From Eledone cirrhosa (Eukaryota): DNA of 64,000 bases. The notes beneath the pieces were generated by a model. It saw nothing but the letters and a program-made list of their open reading frames with translations, was not told where the DNA came from and ran no database searches. The stretch is from assembly GCA_964016885.1 (NCBI GenBank), contig OZ024743.1:214210001-214274000 (forward strand). The letters are read 5' to 3'. Below, one piece after another: positions 27,847-41,175 of this stretch; the stretch's first letter is position 1, and each line of letters starts with the position of its first letter. Made by a program: the position numbers and the translations under genes.

Positions 27847-29031
27847 GTCGAGCCCTACGTGGGTATTGGTAACGGTCAATCCTTGGCCTGGCACTTGAAC
27901 TAAAACCTGTTGAGAAAGTGACTTCATTGTTCAATGTGGATTGGCAGTATCGGTAGAGGGTCGGACGCCATGCTTTCCAGCATAGTTACGTCTCTTTACG
28001 ATCTGAGTTCAAATCCCGCCGAGGTTGACTTTGCCTTTCATCCTTACGGGGTCGATAAAATAAAGTACCAGTAATGTACTGGATAATTGCTGGCCCTGTG
28101 CCAAAAAGTAGAAACAATTATTTGTCTAAGCGGACAGTACTTGATTTAGGAGTCGCAGAAACCCAAATGCTGATTTTACCAACCATCCATGTGTCCGGGT
28201 AAATTTTTCAATCACATTTCTTTTACTTGTTTGACCCGAATTACTTGGTCGTTTCAATGGATGTGCGGATAATGGTTTAATCATCGTCTCAGTGTGTTTG
28301 GCCTTTTAACGTATGTTGTAGCTCTGATCCGTTAGAATTTATTGAGCGCTTGCCACACATCTCGGAAGTTGTTTTTCGCTAATTTCCAATAGCCGAAATA
28401 CGATTCTCGCTAATTTATATTTGTATTAATATCCAGAGTCTAGCTATTGACCAGTTAATTTTCTTGATTTGTTTTAGTTGATTCTATTGACTGATGAATA
28501 GCTTTTGTTAACTTTGAAACCATTCTGTTGAGAACTTAATTCGTTTTGTGATATTTTGAAATTTTGCAATATTATACATTGAATTCTTCCGCCAAAAATA
28601 AGGGTTGCCTCCCTTGCCGAGCCCCACGTTGGTATTGGTAACAGTCAATTCCTGGCCTGGCACTTGAACTAAAACCTGTTGAGAAAGTGACTTCCTTGTT
28701 CAATCATCTTACCAAAAGCTTAACATTATTTGTCTAAGCGGACAGTACTTTATTTAGGAGTCGCAGAAACCCAAATGCTGATTTTACCAACCATCCAGGT
28801 GTCCGGGTAAATTTTTCAATCACATTTCTTTTATTTGTTTGACTCGAATTACTTGGTCGTTTCAATGGCTGTGCGGATAATGATTTAATCATCGTCTCAG
28901 TGTGTTTGGCCTTTTAACGTATGTTGTAGCTCTGATTCGTTAGAATCTATTGAGCGCTTGCCACATATCTCGGAAGTTGTTTTTCGCTAATTTCCAATAG
29001 CCGAAATACGATTCTCGCTAATTTATATTTG

Positions 29032-29033
<2 letters not shown>
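27841..29033. repeat. Direct duplication of a ~420-bp segment
   Basis: 27841-28424 (SINE-interrupted) matches 28610-29033. Confidence 0.9.
27936..28120 (+). mobile_element. tRNA-SINE, well-preserved copy
   Basis: TGGCAGTATCGG (A-box-like), GAGTTCAAATCC (B box), GCCTTTCATCCTTACGGGGTCGATAAAATAAAGTACCAG core. Confidence 0.92.
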
Positions 29034-29082
<49 letters not shown>

Positions 29083-29119
29083 CGAAGGAGTTGTGGTAAG
29101 GAAATAGCCGTCGAAACGG

Positions 29120-29180
<61 letters not shown>

Positions 29181-29213
29181 CTACTGATCATCCCTTTACC
29201 ACTATTTATTCTG

Positions 29214-29280
<67 letters not shown>

Positions 29281-29792
29281 TCTTAATAGGCATTTGAACT
29301 GTCAACAGGCTGCGGTTCGCACACACATCCCTACTGAACATTATCACAACAACGATCCTCTTTACTACTACTACACACACACACATATTTGTTTTGAAAG
29401 ACTTATATTTCAGTGACTTCTCAATCAGCCGACACAAACCTACATTTGGCGCAATATCAATTTTTAACATTAACATGACCTCTACCGACCAATCAAAATT
29501 GTTTTGATCACAAGAATTTTTGCAACACGAATTGGCGCAAAACTTATTTTAATACAGCTGGAGCCACTTTTTTAACATAAAAACAGGTAGAATTTCCAAA
29601 GCTAATCAGATTAGATCAAACATCACGGACGCTCTATCTCAAAATTATTTTTGAAAAGCATTAGAAATGCGCAACCGGTAAAACTTAAAACAAAAATTTG
29701 AATACTAACCAATACTATTACTAATTCTCACTTATTCCTAATTAAACTATTTTTCACTGTGAACAATTTGTCAGCATTTTCTTTTCCGTTTA

Positions 29793-29857
<65 letters not shown>

Positions 29858-29891
29858 GGATTTAAATGGATACAGTTCAGTTAAAAGGAAT

Positions 29892-30012
29892 TTATTGGCA
29901 CGTGTTTCAATAACAGTTACATAATCTGAAAACAGCTGCTATCTACAAAGTATTAATTATGCAGACACTCAATATTTCAATGTTATTATCAACTGTCATT
30001 TCATCAGAATAA
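29892..30012 (-). ncRNA. Degenerate hammerhead ribozyme with long stem II
   Basis: Minus strand: TATT-CTGATGA-AATGACAGTT...AACTGTTATT-GAAA-CACGTG-CC-AATA (U16.1>C). Confidence 0.6.
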
Positions 30013-30549
30013 TTTTATTGAGAACCTGTTTTGTTTTTATAGAGAATATTAAGAGGGAGGGGTGAAGTTTTGAGAAGAATAGTTAAGGGAGTGGATAGAG
30101 ATTTTTTTATAGCAGTGAGAATTTTTGGTAGCAGTGAGTAATTAGATTCCCATCTGTTGTTTTGACATTTTTATAGAATACATTATTTAGCGTTGGTTAT
30201 TTTTCTAAATCTATAGACGGATTAGAGATGGTAAAGATATGCATGGTTGGTTTTGTGTTTGCACTTAATTATCATACAGACTTAAATTTTTCTTTCAAGT
30301 GTACGTATCCGTTCGCCCACACATTCACACACAGACATATATGCACACCTCTACAAAATACCTACACTCACATACACATACTTACATGCTCATACTTACA
30401 TACATATATACCTGTACATATATATATATACATATATATACATATATATATGTACATACATACGCATTCATGTATATACATGTTAATACTCAACTTATCT
30501 TCATATACACACGTATAGGCACACACATATATACATACATACTCCTGTC

Positions 30550-30590
<41 letters not shown>

Positions 30591-30879
30591 ACTTTAATAC
30601 ATGAATACACATACATCTAACTATACACATCAAACATATATATATATTTACTTATTTATATACATTTTCACATATATATACATATATATGGTCGCTTTTA
30701 GACACATTCATTATAGCATATCCGCACCTATTCTCATCAGCATATCTTTCCATTCTTAGTGTGGTAATTTAAGGTTATTAATATACATATATATGTTGAG
30801 AAGAGATTGTTTTTATAATTTTCTAACTAGATTGAGGTTTATATAGTTGAGGGATGTCCCTCTTTTATGTAATATTCAG

Positions 30880-31370
30880 CTTGTTGTGGGGAAAAAAGGG
30901 TTTTAGTTCGGTGGCGGCAGAATAATGTTCGTTCAATTCTGTTATTAAGCAATATCTTCTTGTGTGTGATTATGTAATAAATCTCAAGATTACACAATTT
31001 GCAGAAATCTTGGCTCCTGGAAAAGCTTGGGTTTTAGCTAATTTCTCCCATTTTAGGGTAAACTTTTGATCGCTATCCGTGAGCGTCCAAGCTTTTTCTG
31101 CTAAAGTTGTTACATTTCTTTGGCTCTGGTGTTTTATTGAGTAAGAATGCCTATATAATCGAGATTTAAACGATGTTGCCGTTGATCCCACGTAATACCA
31201 CTCGTTGCCTACGGATTCAATGGTACATTTATAGATGATAGTTTTTTCCAGGCAGTTATTGCACCTCCTGGTCGGCTCTCCACTGCTGTGGATGGGTATT
31301 CTGAATTAATTTTCCGTATCAAATTTTACTTATACTTCGTACGAGCTTTTATGTAGCTTGTACTAGAACT
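30880..31370 (-). mobile_element. Penelope-like element GIY-YIG endonuclease remnant
   Basis: NCLEKTIIYKCTI...YYVGSTATSFKSRLYRHSYS...LKWEKL, then LLNNRIE....CRH; same type as 38240-38950. Confidence 0.85.
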
Positions 31371-32178
31371 TTTGTATTGTGGCGGCACCCTTAGAGATAG
31401 TAGTAGTATTTTTTTTCGGGACTCTGAATTATTTTTTCGTATTAGTTTGCTTTTTTGCACTGGGTGGTTGCTGGCCTTGTGCCTGGGGTAGAAACCTTTA
31501 TTTATTATTTAGTGGTAGTTTCTTTAGTATCTTGGCCCCTCACTTGTTGACCCATCACCGTAAGATATACTCGGTTTATTACTTATACCTCTTAAAAGGG
31601 TCCCATTTAATTCCGTCCCACCTAGTATACCTTTCTTTAGCCTAGCTGTACCAGTGAGAGACTTAGGTCGGAGTAACCAGAAATTTTTTTTTTTTTTTTT
31701 TACATTTAATTGCTTTTTAACACTCTCGGTATTTTTCTATATACTTACCCCATATTGTTCTACTTATCGTTTCAACTTCCCCCCTCTCCCTAGTATCTTC
31801 TTTGATCTCATGCCCAGCTGTAGTCGGCCCTATCAACGCATGAATGGGTCTCATCCACCCCTCTCCCTCTTTCTCCTACTGGCAGCTTCAGCTACGCTTT
31901 CCCTCCACAAATTGCCATCATTGAATTATTATGTTTCAATAACAAACTTTTCACCAATCCTTGTGACAATCACTTTTACCGTATATGGAATTACCCCTTG
32001 AGAAGCTCGGCTATCCAAATACCAGGATAACAATTTTCATTCAGTCCAGAATTAGCCGTCGAAACGGCTTGAGCTCAGCCGTCGGGGTCGTACTCGTTCC
32101 TATTACCCACTCTACTACCCTAAGTATTGAGTACTTTGGTGCGTTATGATCCACCTGGTTCCTTAACACATTTCCTCC

Positions 32179-32220
<42 letters not shown>

Positions 32221-32229
<9 letters not shown>

Positions 32230-32655
32230 GTTTGAATATGTATAATAAAGCCAAAACAATGCAGGTATGGCCATATAATAAAGAATACAAATGCAAAAGA
32301 TATTGTTGATAATTAGTCTTTTACCTTAGATTTATTTAAATGTCCTTCATTTTCGAGATAATAACTCTTCTTCGGAGGGAAATAAAGGTTTCAAACCAGC
32401 GTTCTAAGTAACTTTCCAAGTCATGCTGACAGGAAATGGTATTTCCTGTCAGCATGCCTTGGCAAGCTACTTAGAACGCTGGTTTGGGACCTTTATTTCC
32501 CTCTGAAGAAGAGATATTATCTCTAAAATTAAGGACAATTAAATAAATCTAAGGTAAAAGACTAATTATCAACAATATCTTTTGCATTTGCATTCTTTAT
32601 TCTATGTCCATACCTGCATTGTTTTGGCTTTATTATACATATTCAAACGTTTATA
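32221..32655. repeat. ~435-bp palindrome with degenerate HHR in each arm
   Basis: Centre CAGGAAAT-ggt-ATTTCCTG at ~32439; right arm CTGAAGA-A-GAGAT att ATCTC-TAAA, left arm CCGAAGA...GAAA. Confidence 0.92.
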
Positions 32656-32872
32656 CCTCATTCCACAATGCTTCAAGTGAACTATAACCTCCTCCTTAAA
32701 TATATATATATATATATATATATATGAATATATATACATATATATGCATATATACATATATATATATATATGCATATATATATGAATATATATACATATA
32801 TATGCATATATATATATGCATATATATATATATATATATGCTTATATGCATATATATATATATATATATATG

Positions 32873-33103
32873 AAAAAGTATGACCCCGACGGCAGAGCTC
32901 AAGCCGTTTCGACAGATATTTCTGGACTAAATTGAAATTTATTCACTGAGCTAAACATTCTAATTTAGTCCAGAAATAGCCGTCGAAACAGCTTGAGTTC
33001 TGCCGTCGAAGTCATACTTTTTCCTATTTCCCACACTATTACCCGAAGTATTGAGTACTCTGGTGCGTTATGGTCCATCTGGTTCCTTACCACAATTCCT
33101 CTG

Positions 33104-33104
<1 letters not shown>
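32873..33104. repeat. Inverted pair of the 12122-family repeat
   Basis: aaaagtatgaccccgacggcagagctcaagccgtttcgac... / ...gtcgaaacagcttgagttctgccgtcgaagtcatactttt. Confidence 0.85.
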
Positions 33105-33202
<98 letters not shown>

Positions 33203-34406
33203 CGCATATATACAAATTAAATTAAAAAATGGAATTAAATCTCACTTTAACCCCTATAATTTATTCAGCTCAAGGATAGATTCTGGGCCCTTTATAAGAC
33301 AGTATATAGAAAAAAATAAAGAAAGAGGTATATGTTCAATCACCATGTGCGCATAATATGTATTATATTTGAAGAAATGTTGATAATATTGTTGGCACGC
33401 CTAACGATTAACCCTCCACGGTTTGGAATCTCCCCCTCTCTGTGGCGAAACATGCTATAGTGCATTTACAGGTGTTATAGTTATTATTAGATTGTTAGTA
33501 CCTTTTAATTTACTCTTTCAATTGATATGTATTCTCGTTGTCTTTCGTACACAATTTTTTTTTCACTCTTGTGGTTCTCTATCCCATATGATTGAACACA
33601 TACCTCTTTGTGTATTTCTCTCTATATAATGTCTTATATATATATATATATATTCATTTTGTTAAGACTTGCCTTTTAGCGTTAATACAATTAATCATTA
33701 ATCTCTATTTCGATAATGAGCACTCTTTTCTCTCAGCCGTCAACCACGGCAACGTGGGATATATATATAGATCCCACGTGGCCGTATACTCACATAGACT
33801 CAGGCCACTTACATCTAGCTATTTCTTTCTTTCCTTCGAAACTCATATCGCATGACCTACTCCATGTCATCCCCTTATATTCCACCCTGTTCCAAGAAGT
33901 ACTTCATCCCGAAACTTTGAAACCTCTCCACTTCTTCTAAGAGTGAACCTAATGTAACTGCGTAATATATATACATATACATATACATACATACATCTAT
34001 ACATATCTGTCGTGTGTGTGAGTGTGCGTGTGATGCGTGTTTGTGTGTGTACGTGTACAGTCAGTGATAGCAGTTCGAATATATTATATATGATTATACA
34101 GGATATCAGAGAAGAAACAAGGTGATTCTCGGAAAGATTCCTCTGAAATGTTAGCACATTTCCTTAAAGTCTGGAATATCGATCAGGCAATCAAAGAGAC
34201 AGCTAATTGAATTTGGGTGTTGCAATTCGACATACGGTTAAGATTAATTGATTTGGAATCATTCCATCGTTGTGAGCCACCTAGGTGTAATTCAAAGGTT
34301 GTTGATTATAAACGTGAAATATGTTCACCGAAAAGTGTTCATTGCAGAGGTCTAAGGAAATTCATGTGAACTGTTCTATATTCAATGACAAAATAATTTT
34401 CCTCTC

Positions 34407-34657
<251 letters not shown>

Positions 34658-35372
34658 TAAATAAAATAAAAAATCGATTCCATTGTTCTCTAAAAGCTAA
34701 ATGGAAGTAAGATTTAAAAAAATATGTTTCAGAGCTCCTCTCTTCAAGAATATTAAAGAAAAACCAAAATAATTATATAAGGTAGTACATAAAACACGTA
34801 CAAAAAACAATCAGAATATAGAAAAAATATGACAAACATTAGTTATTGTAACTAAAAGCTCCTATAGAGTGGTTTCAGGTCTCAACAAATTATAACACTG
34901 ACTACCATAATTAAGATAAACAAAGCAACACTAATGCATTTTTGTCACTAGGAATTGTCATTGAAGTAGTAACAACACGATATTGAAGCAGATCAATCAA
35001 GGGAATTATTTTTCGCGTAAGGCAGCATAGAGGGTACCCAATCTTGCCCAGAGTTTGTCTAACCAGCTGGTGTATGATTTTATTATTCGTTCATTCCAAG
35101 TATTGATTGTTATTTATAAAGTATATATATATATTTATCTTGCGAGGTTTTTGATATGAAATCGTGTGTCGAAACAAATATTGTTATACTTGGGCAGGGT
35201 CACATTGTTGTAATAATATTGTCAGAATTAATAACACACTCACTGTTTAGTTGGTTTTCGCTTCTGTATATTTTATATCAGTTAATTTATTTGGTCCTCA
35301 ATGTTTACCATTGACTGACCAATGGTCAGATATACAGATATAATATAGACACCAACAGATATATTTAGTTTA

Positions 35373-35413
35373 ACAAAGTTCTTTCGTTGCACATCTGCAA
35401 CATCGTCAGTGGT
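35373..35413 (-). ncRNA. Minimal type I hammerhead ribozyme in a PLE-type terminal repeat (35160-35458)
   Basis: Minus strand: CCA-CTGACGA-T-GTTGCA gatg TGCAAC-GAAA-GAAC-TT-TG; stem II covaries with the 23074 HHR. Confidence 0.7.
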
Positions 35414-35889
35414 GCTATTATGTTTCCTCCTGTGGTATTGTATGTCTACGCCATCTTTATTTAATCTGTTTATTTATTTATTTATTTAATTTTGTCTTCT
35501 TCTCTGCGCATGCGTTTGCGTGTGATTATAGTGTTTGGTGTGTGTTCTATCTTAGTTTACTAGTGTGTGTTTATATGTGTTTGCTGTTTTTGTGCTTGCG
35601 TATATATTTATTTATTTATTCATATTTCTCTTAGGTCAGTATTGTTTGTCAGCATAGCTGGTTACGTTGCCAAACGTTTTATGGTATGGTGGTAAAGGAG
35701 ACTCAAAAATCTCCTTGATGAGAGCTCCATAGACCTCATCTTGTATTCTCGTTACGTAGACGACATTAATATAGTAATAAGGACAGCCCCACGAGAGAGT
35801 ACTAACAAGTATGTTTTTGAATGTAGCACAATGGAAAGCATCCAGCAGATAGCTTATTCCATACACCAGAGTATAACTGTAACTATCAA

Positions 35890-36870
35890 CTACCCTTCCA
35901 AACACCCTAACAGTTGACTACCTGTATTAGACACGGAACTCTTGATTGTCACTATAGACGAGAGGGCCCAAATACTCCACTCACTATACGCTAAACCTAT
36001 GACATCCAAATAACTGATACTCAACACTCAGCTTATGTCCAGTAGTGCGAAGTTTAATATTCTGATCGCAGACGTGGTACGAGTGATGAATAACGTGTCC
36101 CGCATGTGCGACCCAAAAGAAATGGAAAGACACGTCCAACACTTCATCAACCGTATGCAATTCTCTGGCCAAAGAGACAGAATCAGAGTATACGAAGGAG
36201 CCATGGAGAAGTATAAGATCCTCATAGAACTGGACATGAAAGGAATTCGCCCATTATACAGGAGCAAATCATGGAATAGCTTAGAAAGCACTAAACATAA
36301 GATAGGGAAAGCCACCTCATGGTACGACAACCATATATACCTGAGTGTCATGTTCGTGGACGCTACCCCTGTAGATAAATTAGCTAACCGGTGTAGAAAG
36401 GCCCTGAGAAGGACCCACTTAAAGATTAAGGTGGTAGAAAAGCCAGGAACTACCATAAAATCCCTGATCAGCAAAACATACCCTTTTAAGAAAACCCACT
36501 GTACTAATAGGAAATGTATTATATGTAAAGTAAACACTCGGATAATCTGAAAAACTAGAAACATAGTCTATATCATAAGTTGTACAGAGGGTACTTGCAG
36601 AAACATGACAGCAACATACATAGGCGAGACAGCTCGTAGCATAGGTGAAAGGATAGAGCAGCACTGGGAGGAACTAAAAGGACGAAAAAATGGTTCAGAA
36701 CTATACGAACACGCCAGACAACAACATGACCTTAACATAGACAACATAGACATTAAAATAATATCTAAACATAGAAATGACCCAGCAGATAGACAAATCA
36801 GAGAGGTAAGTGAAATAGAACTTAGAAGGCGAAAGTTAAAAAGAAAAAATGAATGGAATAACAACACCAC
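35890..36870 (+). mobile_element. 5'-truncated Penelope-like element (RT C-terminus/thumb plus GIY-YIG)
   Basis: LPVLDTEL, YAKPMTS, VMFVDATP, KVVEKPG, CTNRKCIIC, *KTRNIVYIISC...C..TYIGETARSIGERIEQH, HARQQH, RQIRE; a few stops and a frameshift upstream. Confidence 0.9.
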
Positions 36871-37083
36871 CCAAACAATATGTGTATATACATATATATG
36901 CATATCTTGTGTATTTGTTTATATTTAAGTTGTTTTTATGTATTCCCCCTCCCCCCACACACACTCACACCTATCGTTGACAACACGTCCTCTTTTTTCT
37001 TACTTTATTTTGTTTTTGATTTTGATCTTTACTTTATTATATATATATAGATATATATATACAATATATATACAATATATATA

Positions 37084-37124
<41 letters not shown>

Positions 37125-37220
37125 GTAATAATAATAATAAAATGGAGACTAAAATCCAAAGAGGGCTCGATGAGGAAAATATATATCAAATATATAAGAA
37201 CCGTAGAGCAAATATTTATT

Positions 37221-38995
37221 AAAATAACAGATAGTTTAAGCAAAGAATCGCTGCTTTAACTCTTAACGGGATCTTTTGAAACTAACAAAGTCAATCTGTA
37301 AACACAGAACTGGATATTTCAAAAAACGTTGCAACCGGAGGAAGACAGGAAGACGATACTTTGGTTCGTGGAAACGTTCGCTGGCAAAGAACGGGAAAAA
37401 ACGAATAATACGTCATTAATAGGAGCGGTGAAAAACAATTACGCGCAAAGACAGAACCACGTTTATGGTATAAAAGAGGTCGTAGACTAATGTTCTCTTA
37501 TGTGGTGCATAGAGACGTTCTCTGGCAATGAACGAAAACACGAAGATAATAAGTCAATTGTGGAGCGTGGAGAACAATAGCGCGCAAAGACAAAACCACG
37601 TAAATGGTATAGCAGAAGTCGTAGACTAAAATTCTAACTAGGAGACCAAATGAATCTCCGCTACAGAGTTAAGAACAAAGTAAATAAATACAATACAGAA
37701 GTAATAGAGACAAATAAGTACATACACGCAAACAGATACGTACATACACAAGCATACGCAAAACCTTACCATAGGTATACAAAACCACGCACATATAAAT
37801 ATGTGTTTGTGTGTATGCTTGTGTACAAATAAATAAATAATTATATAAATGTATATAAGTAAATAAATACGTATATAACAAGCGCACACACATACCTACA
37901 AATAAATACACGAATGTTCGGAGACGTAAGTCAACTAAAACAAGAAGTATAAATATACACACACCCACCATACGTACGAACCTGCATACTCACGCAGACG
38001 CAAAACTCCCGTATACACATAGCCAAACCCTAAATACCAGAATATGTAAATATTATACGCCATAACAGTCAAATATACGTACGAGAAGGTATACATACCT
38101 TCACAAAACATACGGGTAATATATACTTACCTATGCAAATAAGTAAAGGAATAAACAAGACATATACTTAGCTCCCACATCAAGACGTAAAATATCCACG
38201 TATAGGTCGTGCTCTCCGTTAGGGTATAACGTGGGGCTGTAATACAGGAAAGTTTGTGCAATTTATGTTTACAAGCCGAAATTGCCTCAGATTTTTTTGC
38301 TTAAAATGTGGTCTGTGGCGTAGAGTATTTCCAGGGCCTCAGCAGCGCAGAGGTCACATGGTCTTTTATTACCGTAATACGATCTAGCCCTAGCTAGGAT
38401 CTCCCAGTGTAACTTATATTGGGTGTGGTTGTCTTTTAGACTCCAGATATAAGCTGAAAGTGACGTCATATTCCTTCTAAGAGAGTAACGAAAAGAATGG
38501 GTATGCATGTAAAGACGCTGCTTGAAACTATTGGCGGTTAACCCTATATAGGCCCTACGGGACGTGGGTGTTACAACCTTACATTTGTAGACACTGTTAC
38601 TAGAGAGGCATTTCCCGGATAATGGGCAATCAGCCCGATTCCTACAATTACAGTTAGTAATATCTACAGGGTTGCACGTATTCCTACGGCTAGGTAGTTT
38701 AGCTAAATTTGAAGCTGTGATGTTATGTGCAAGGTTAGGAGTCGTAGAGTAAGAAATTTTAATAGTATTTCTATTAAAAATTTTACTATATTTATGTGTA
38801 GGGGGAAAATGTTTCGTAATAAGGGAAAGAAAGGTCTTAGCTAATGGTGTGGCCACCTCCATACTATATGGTGGGTTAAACCAACAAATGCGACGGGATC
38901 TATTTCTTCTAGGTCTATTTTCGTACTCTGTATATGCTACCTTATCGACAAATGAAAGCAGCGATTCTTTGCTTAAACTTTAATCTGTTATTTTA
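37221..38995 (-). mobile_element. 5'-truncated Penelope-like element (WFNPPY/CNC type, probably Naiad-like) with 3' UTR and short inverted terminal copy
   Basis: Coding ~38950-38240: WFNPPYS, KHFP, KIFNRNTIKISYS, CNCRNRADCPLSGKC, VYKC..AYIGLT, CDLC, KSEAISACKH (after A-run frameshift); 37221-37257 is the reverse complement of 38955-38993. Confidence 0.88.
37374..37629. repeat. Two ~140-bp-period diverged tandem units
   Basis: acgttc.ctggcaa.gaacg...cgcgcaaagaca.aaccacgt...gtcgtagactaa occurs twice. Confidence 0.8.
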
Positions 38996-38997
38996 AT

Positions 38998-39081
<84 letters not shown>

Positions 39082-39259
39082 TTCAAGAGTAACCAATCTT
39101 ATTGAGAGAGAAATGGAGATAGGTGAGGAGATAGGAGAGCAGAGATTGGTGAATTAGTTATAAGCCAAAGCGTAAATGCATGTGCTCAATGTGCAATATG
39201 CAGTGGCAAGCAGCTAGGTGGCCGGGTTCATGCAGAAGTTAGGCGCGCAGAGATTGAAA

Positions 39260-40593
39260 TATTCATTAGGTAAGCAAAACAAGACCACAAATTTGGCAAG
39301 GAAGACATTATTAAAAGATTGTCAACATATTTTAGTTTGAAGTAAGGAATGTAGAGTATAATAATAATAATATTAATAATAATTGTTTCTACATTAGGCA
39401 CAAGGCCAGCAATTATCCAGTGCATTACTGGTACATTATTTTATCGACCCCGTAAGGATGAAAGGCAAAGTCAACCTCGGCGGGATTTGAACTCAGATCG
39501 TAAAGGGACGTAACTATGCTGGAAAGCATGGCATCCGACCCTCTACCGATACTGCCAATCCACCGCCCTAATATTATTAATAATAATAATGTCCGTTTCG
39601 CTACTCCATATAATATTTATGGATCAAATGACTATATATCATTATTGATCTGGTTCAGTTGAAAATAATCAACATAATTAAAGATAGAGCGGCTCATCGG
39701 AACTTCAATGGAATATAAATTAAAATAAGGAAAGAATGTTACATCTCTAGCTAGGCTCATTAAACACCTTAAATTAACCAACATTGAACACTCACTAACA
39801 TGGGATACCTTACCTAGGCCGAAGCCAATGGACGAAGAAGATCTTGTGATCTCTGTATTACCGAAGCATATTACATAACTCTATCACGACCTCTACCGAT
39901 TAACGATAGAACGGAGGTAACTATTAGCTGTTAACATCGAAGGGATAATTCCTTCGCCAACAGAATATTTGTCCCAACATAGTCATCTAGCCTCATTTTT
40001 ACTTGTAGCTAATAAGTTAAATAGCTATAACTAACTTAGATAATTATAAGTTACCTCCCCTACATTCTCTCTCAATTAAAACGTTAAAAAATTAGCACTT
40101 AACTATAAACTATCCACAATTTCTAACCTCTCGAGGAGTTACATCCCCTGAAACCACCCTCTAATTATTAAGGTAAATATGTCCATTGGCGGCCATCTTG
40201 TTACCCATAGGCAGATCTCGCACACTACAGCCTCGACAGAAGAATACTGCTTGATTATGGCAGACAATTGATACACCCAGGACACCATAGTGAAATACCA
40301 ATATATGGAATACTACATTATGTAACATTCTTTCCTTATTTTAATTTATATTACTTTGAAGCCGCTCTATCTTTAATTATGTTAATTATTTTCAACTGAA
40401 CCAGATCAATAATGATATATAGTCATTTGATCCATAAATATTATATGGAGTAGCGAAACGATTCTAAACGGACATTATTATTATTAATATTATTATTATT
40501 ATTCTCTACATTTCTTACATCAAACTAAAATATGTTGACATCTTTTAATAAATACTTCCTTGTGAAATTTGTGGTCTTGCTTTGCTTAACTAA

Positions 40594-40600
<7 letters not shown>
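39260..40600. repeat. Long inverted repeat (arms ~39260-39744 and 40320-40600) with a ~575-bp spacer
   Basis: ggaaagaatgttacat / atgtaacattctttcc; cgctactccatataatatttatggatcaaatgac mirrored at 40422-40455. Confidence 0.9.
39381..39568 (-). mobile_element. Full-length tRNA-SINE inserted in an (AAT)n tract
   Basis: Minus strand GGGCGGTGGATTGGCAGTATCGG...GAGTTCAAATCC...GCCTTTCATCCTTACGGGGTCGATAAAA; absent from the mirror arm. Confidence 0.93.
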
Positions 40601-40682
<82 letters not shown>

Positions 40683-41004
40683 TATTTTTTGTTCTTATTT
40701 ATTTATTTAGTTATTACTGCCTCCTAACTACTGCCCATATCTTATATATCTGTGTATATGTATGTGTATGTAATTATGTTCCTCTCCGTATTTCTATGTA
40801 GACGCAAATACGCACTTTTTAGTATATGCGTGTAGTTGAGTGTGTGTATGTTTACGTTCTGGATATTCATATTTTTATATATATATTTTTATTTTCATTT
40901 ATTTTTTTCCCCTATTCATTTTCGCCCGTTTATTTAAGCCTCACTTTCATATTTCCTAAATTTTGTTTTCAAATACATATTCAATAAATACACCATGTTT
41001 TTAA

Positions 41005-41065
41005 TTCATTCTGACGACTGAAGACAGACACAACATCTGTCTTAAAGAAACCACTGGCAAATGAA
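41005..41065 (+). ncRNA. Degenerate hammerhead ribozyme
   Basis: TTCATT-CTGACGA-ctg-AAGACAGA cacaaca TCTGTCTT-aaa-GAAA-CCACTGG-CA-AATGAA; 6-bp stem I, U16.1>C. Confidence 0.55.
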
Positions 41066-41175
41066 ATAATTATCTTATGTTGTTTATTACTTAACTAATA
41101 AGATCTGTAGCATACATAGAACACTCCTTTTTCCTGTACCTTTCTGACGTAAATAGTTCATATATATTTATATAT

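Noticed and set aside
27936-28020. tRNA gene candidate (also 41264 and 49433)
   Set aside because: A/B boxes only; no cloverleaf, and the sequence continues into SINE body or inverted repeat
33395-33465. Possible HHR relic (CTAACGA...GAAACATG)
   Set aside because: Core mutated and stems do not register convincingly
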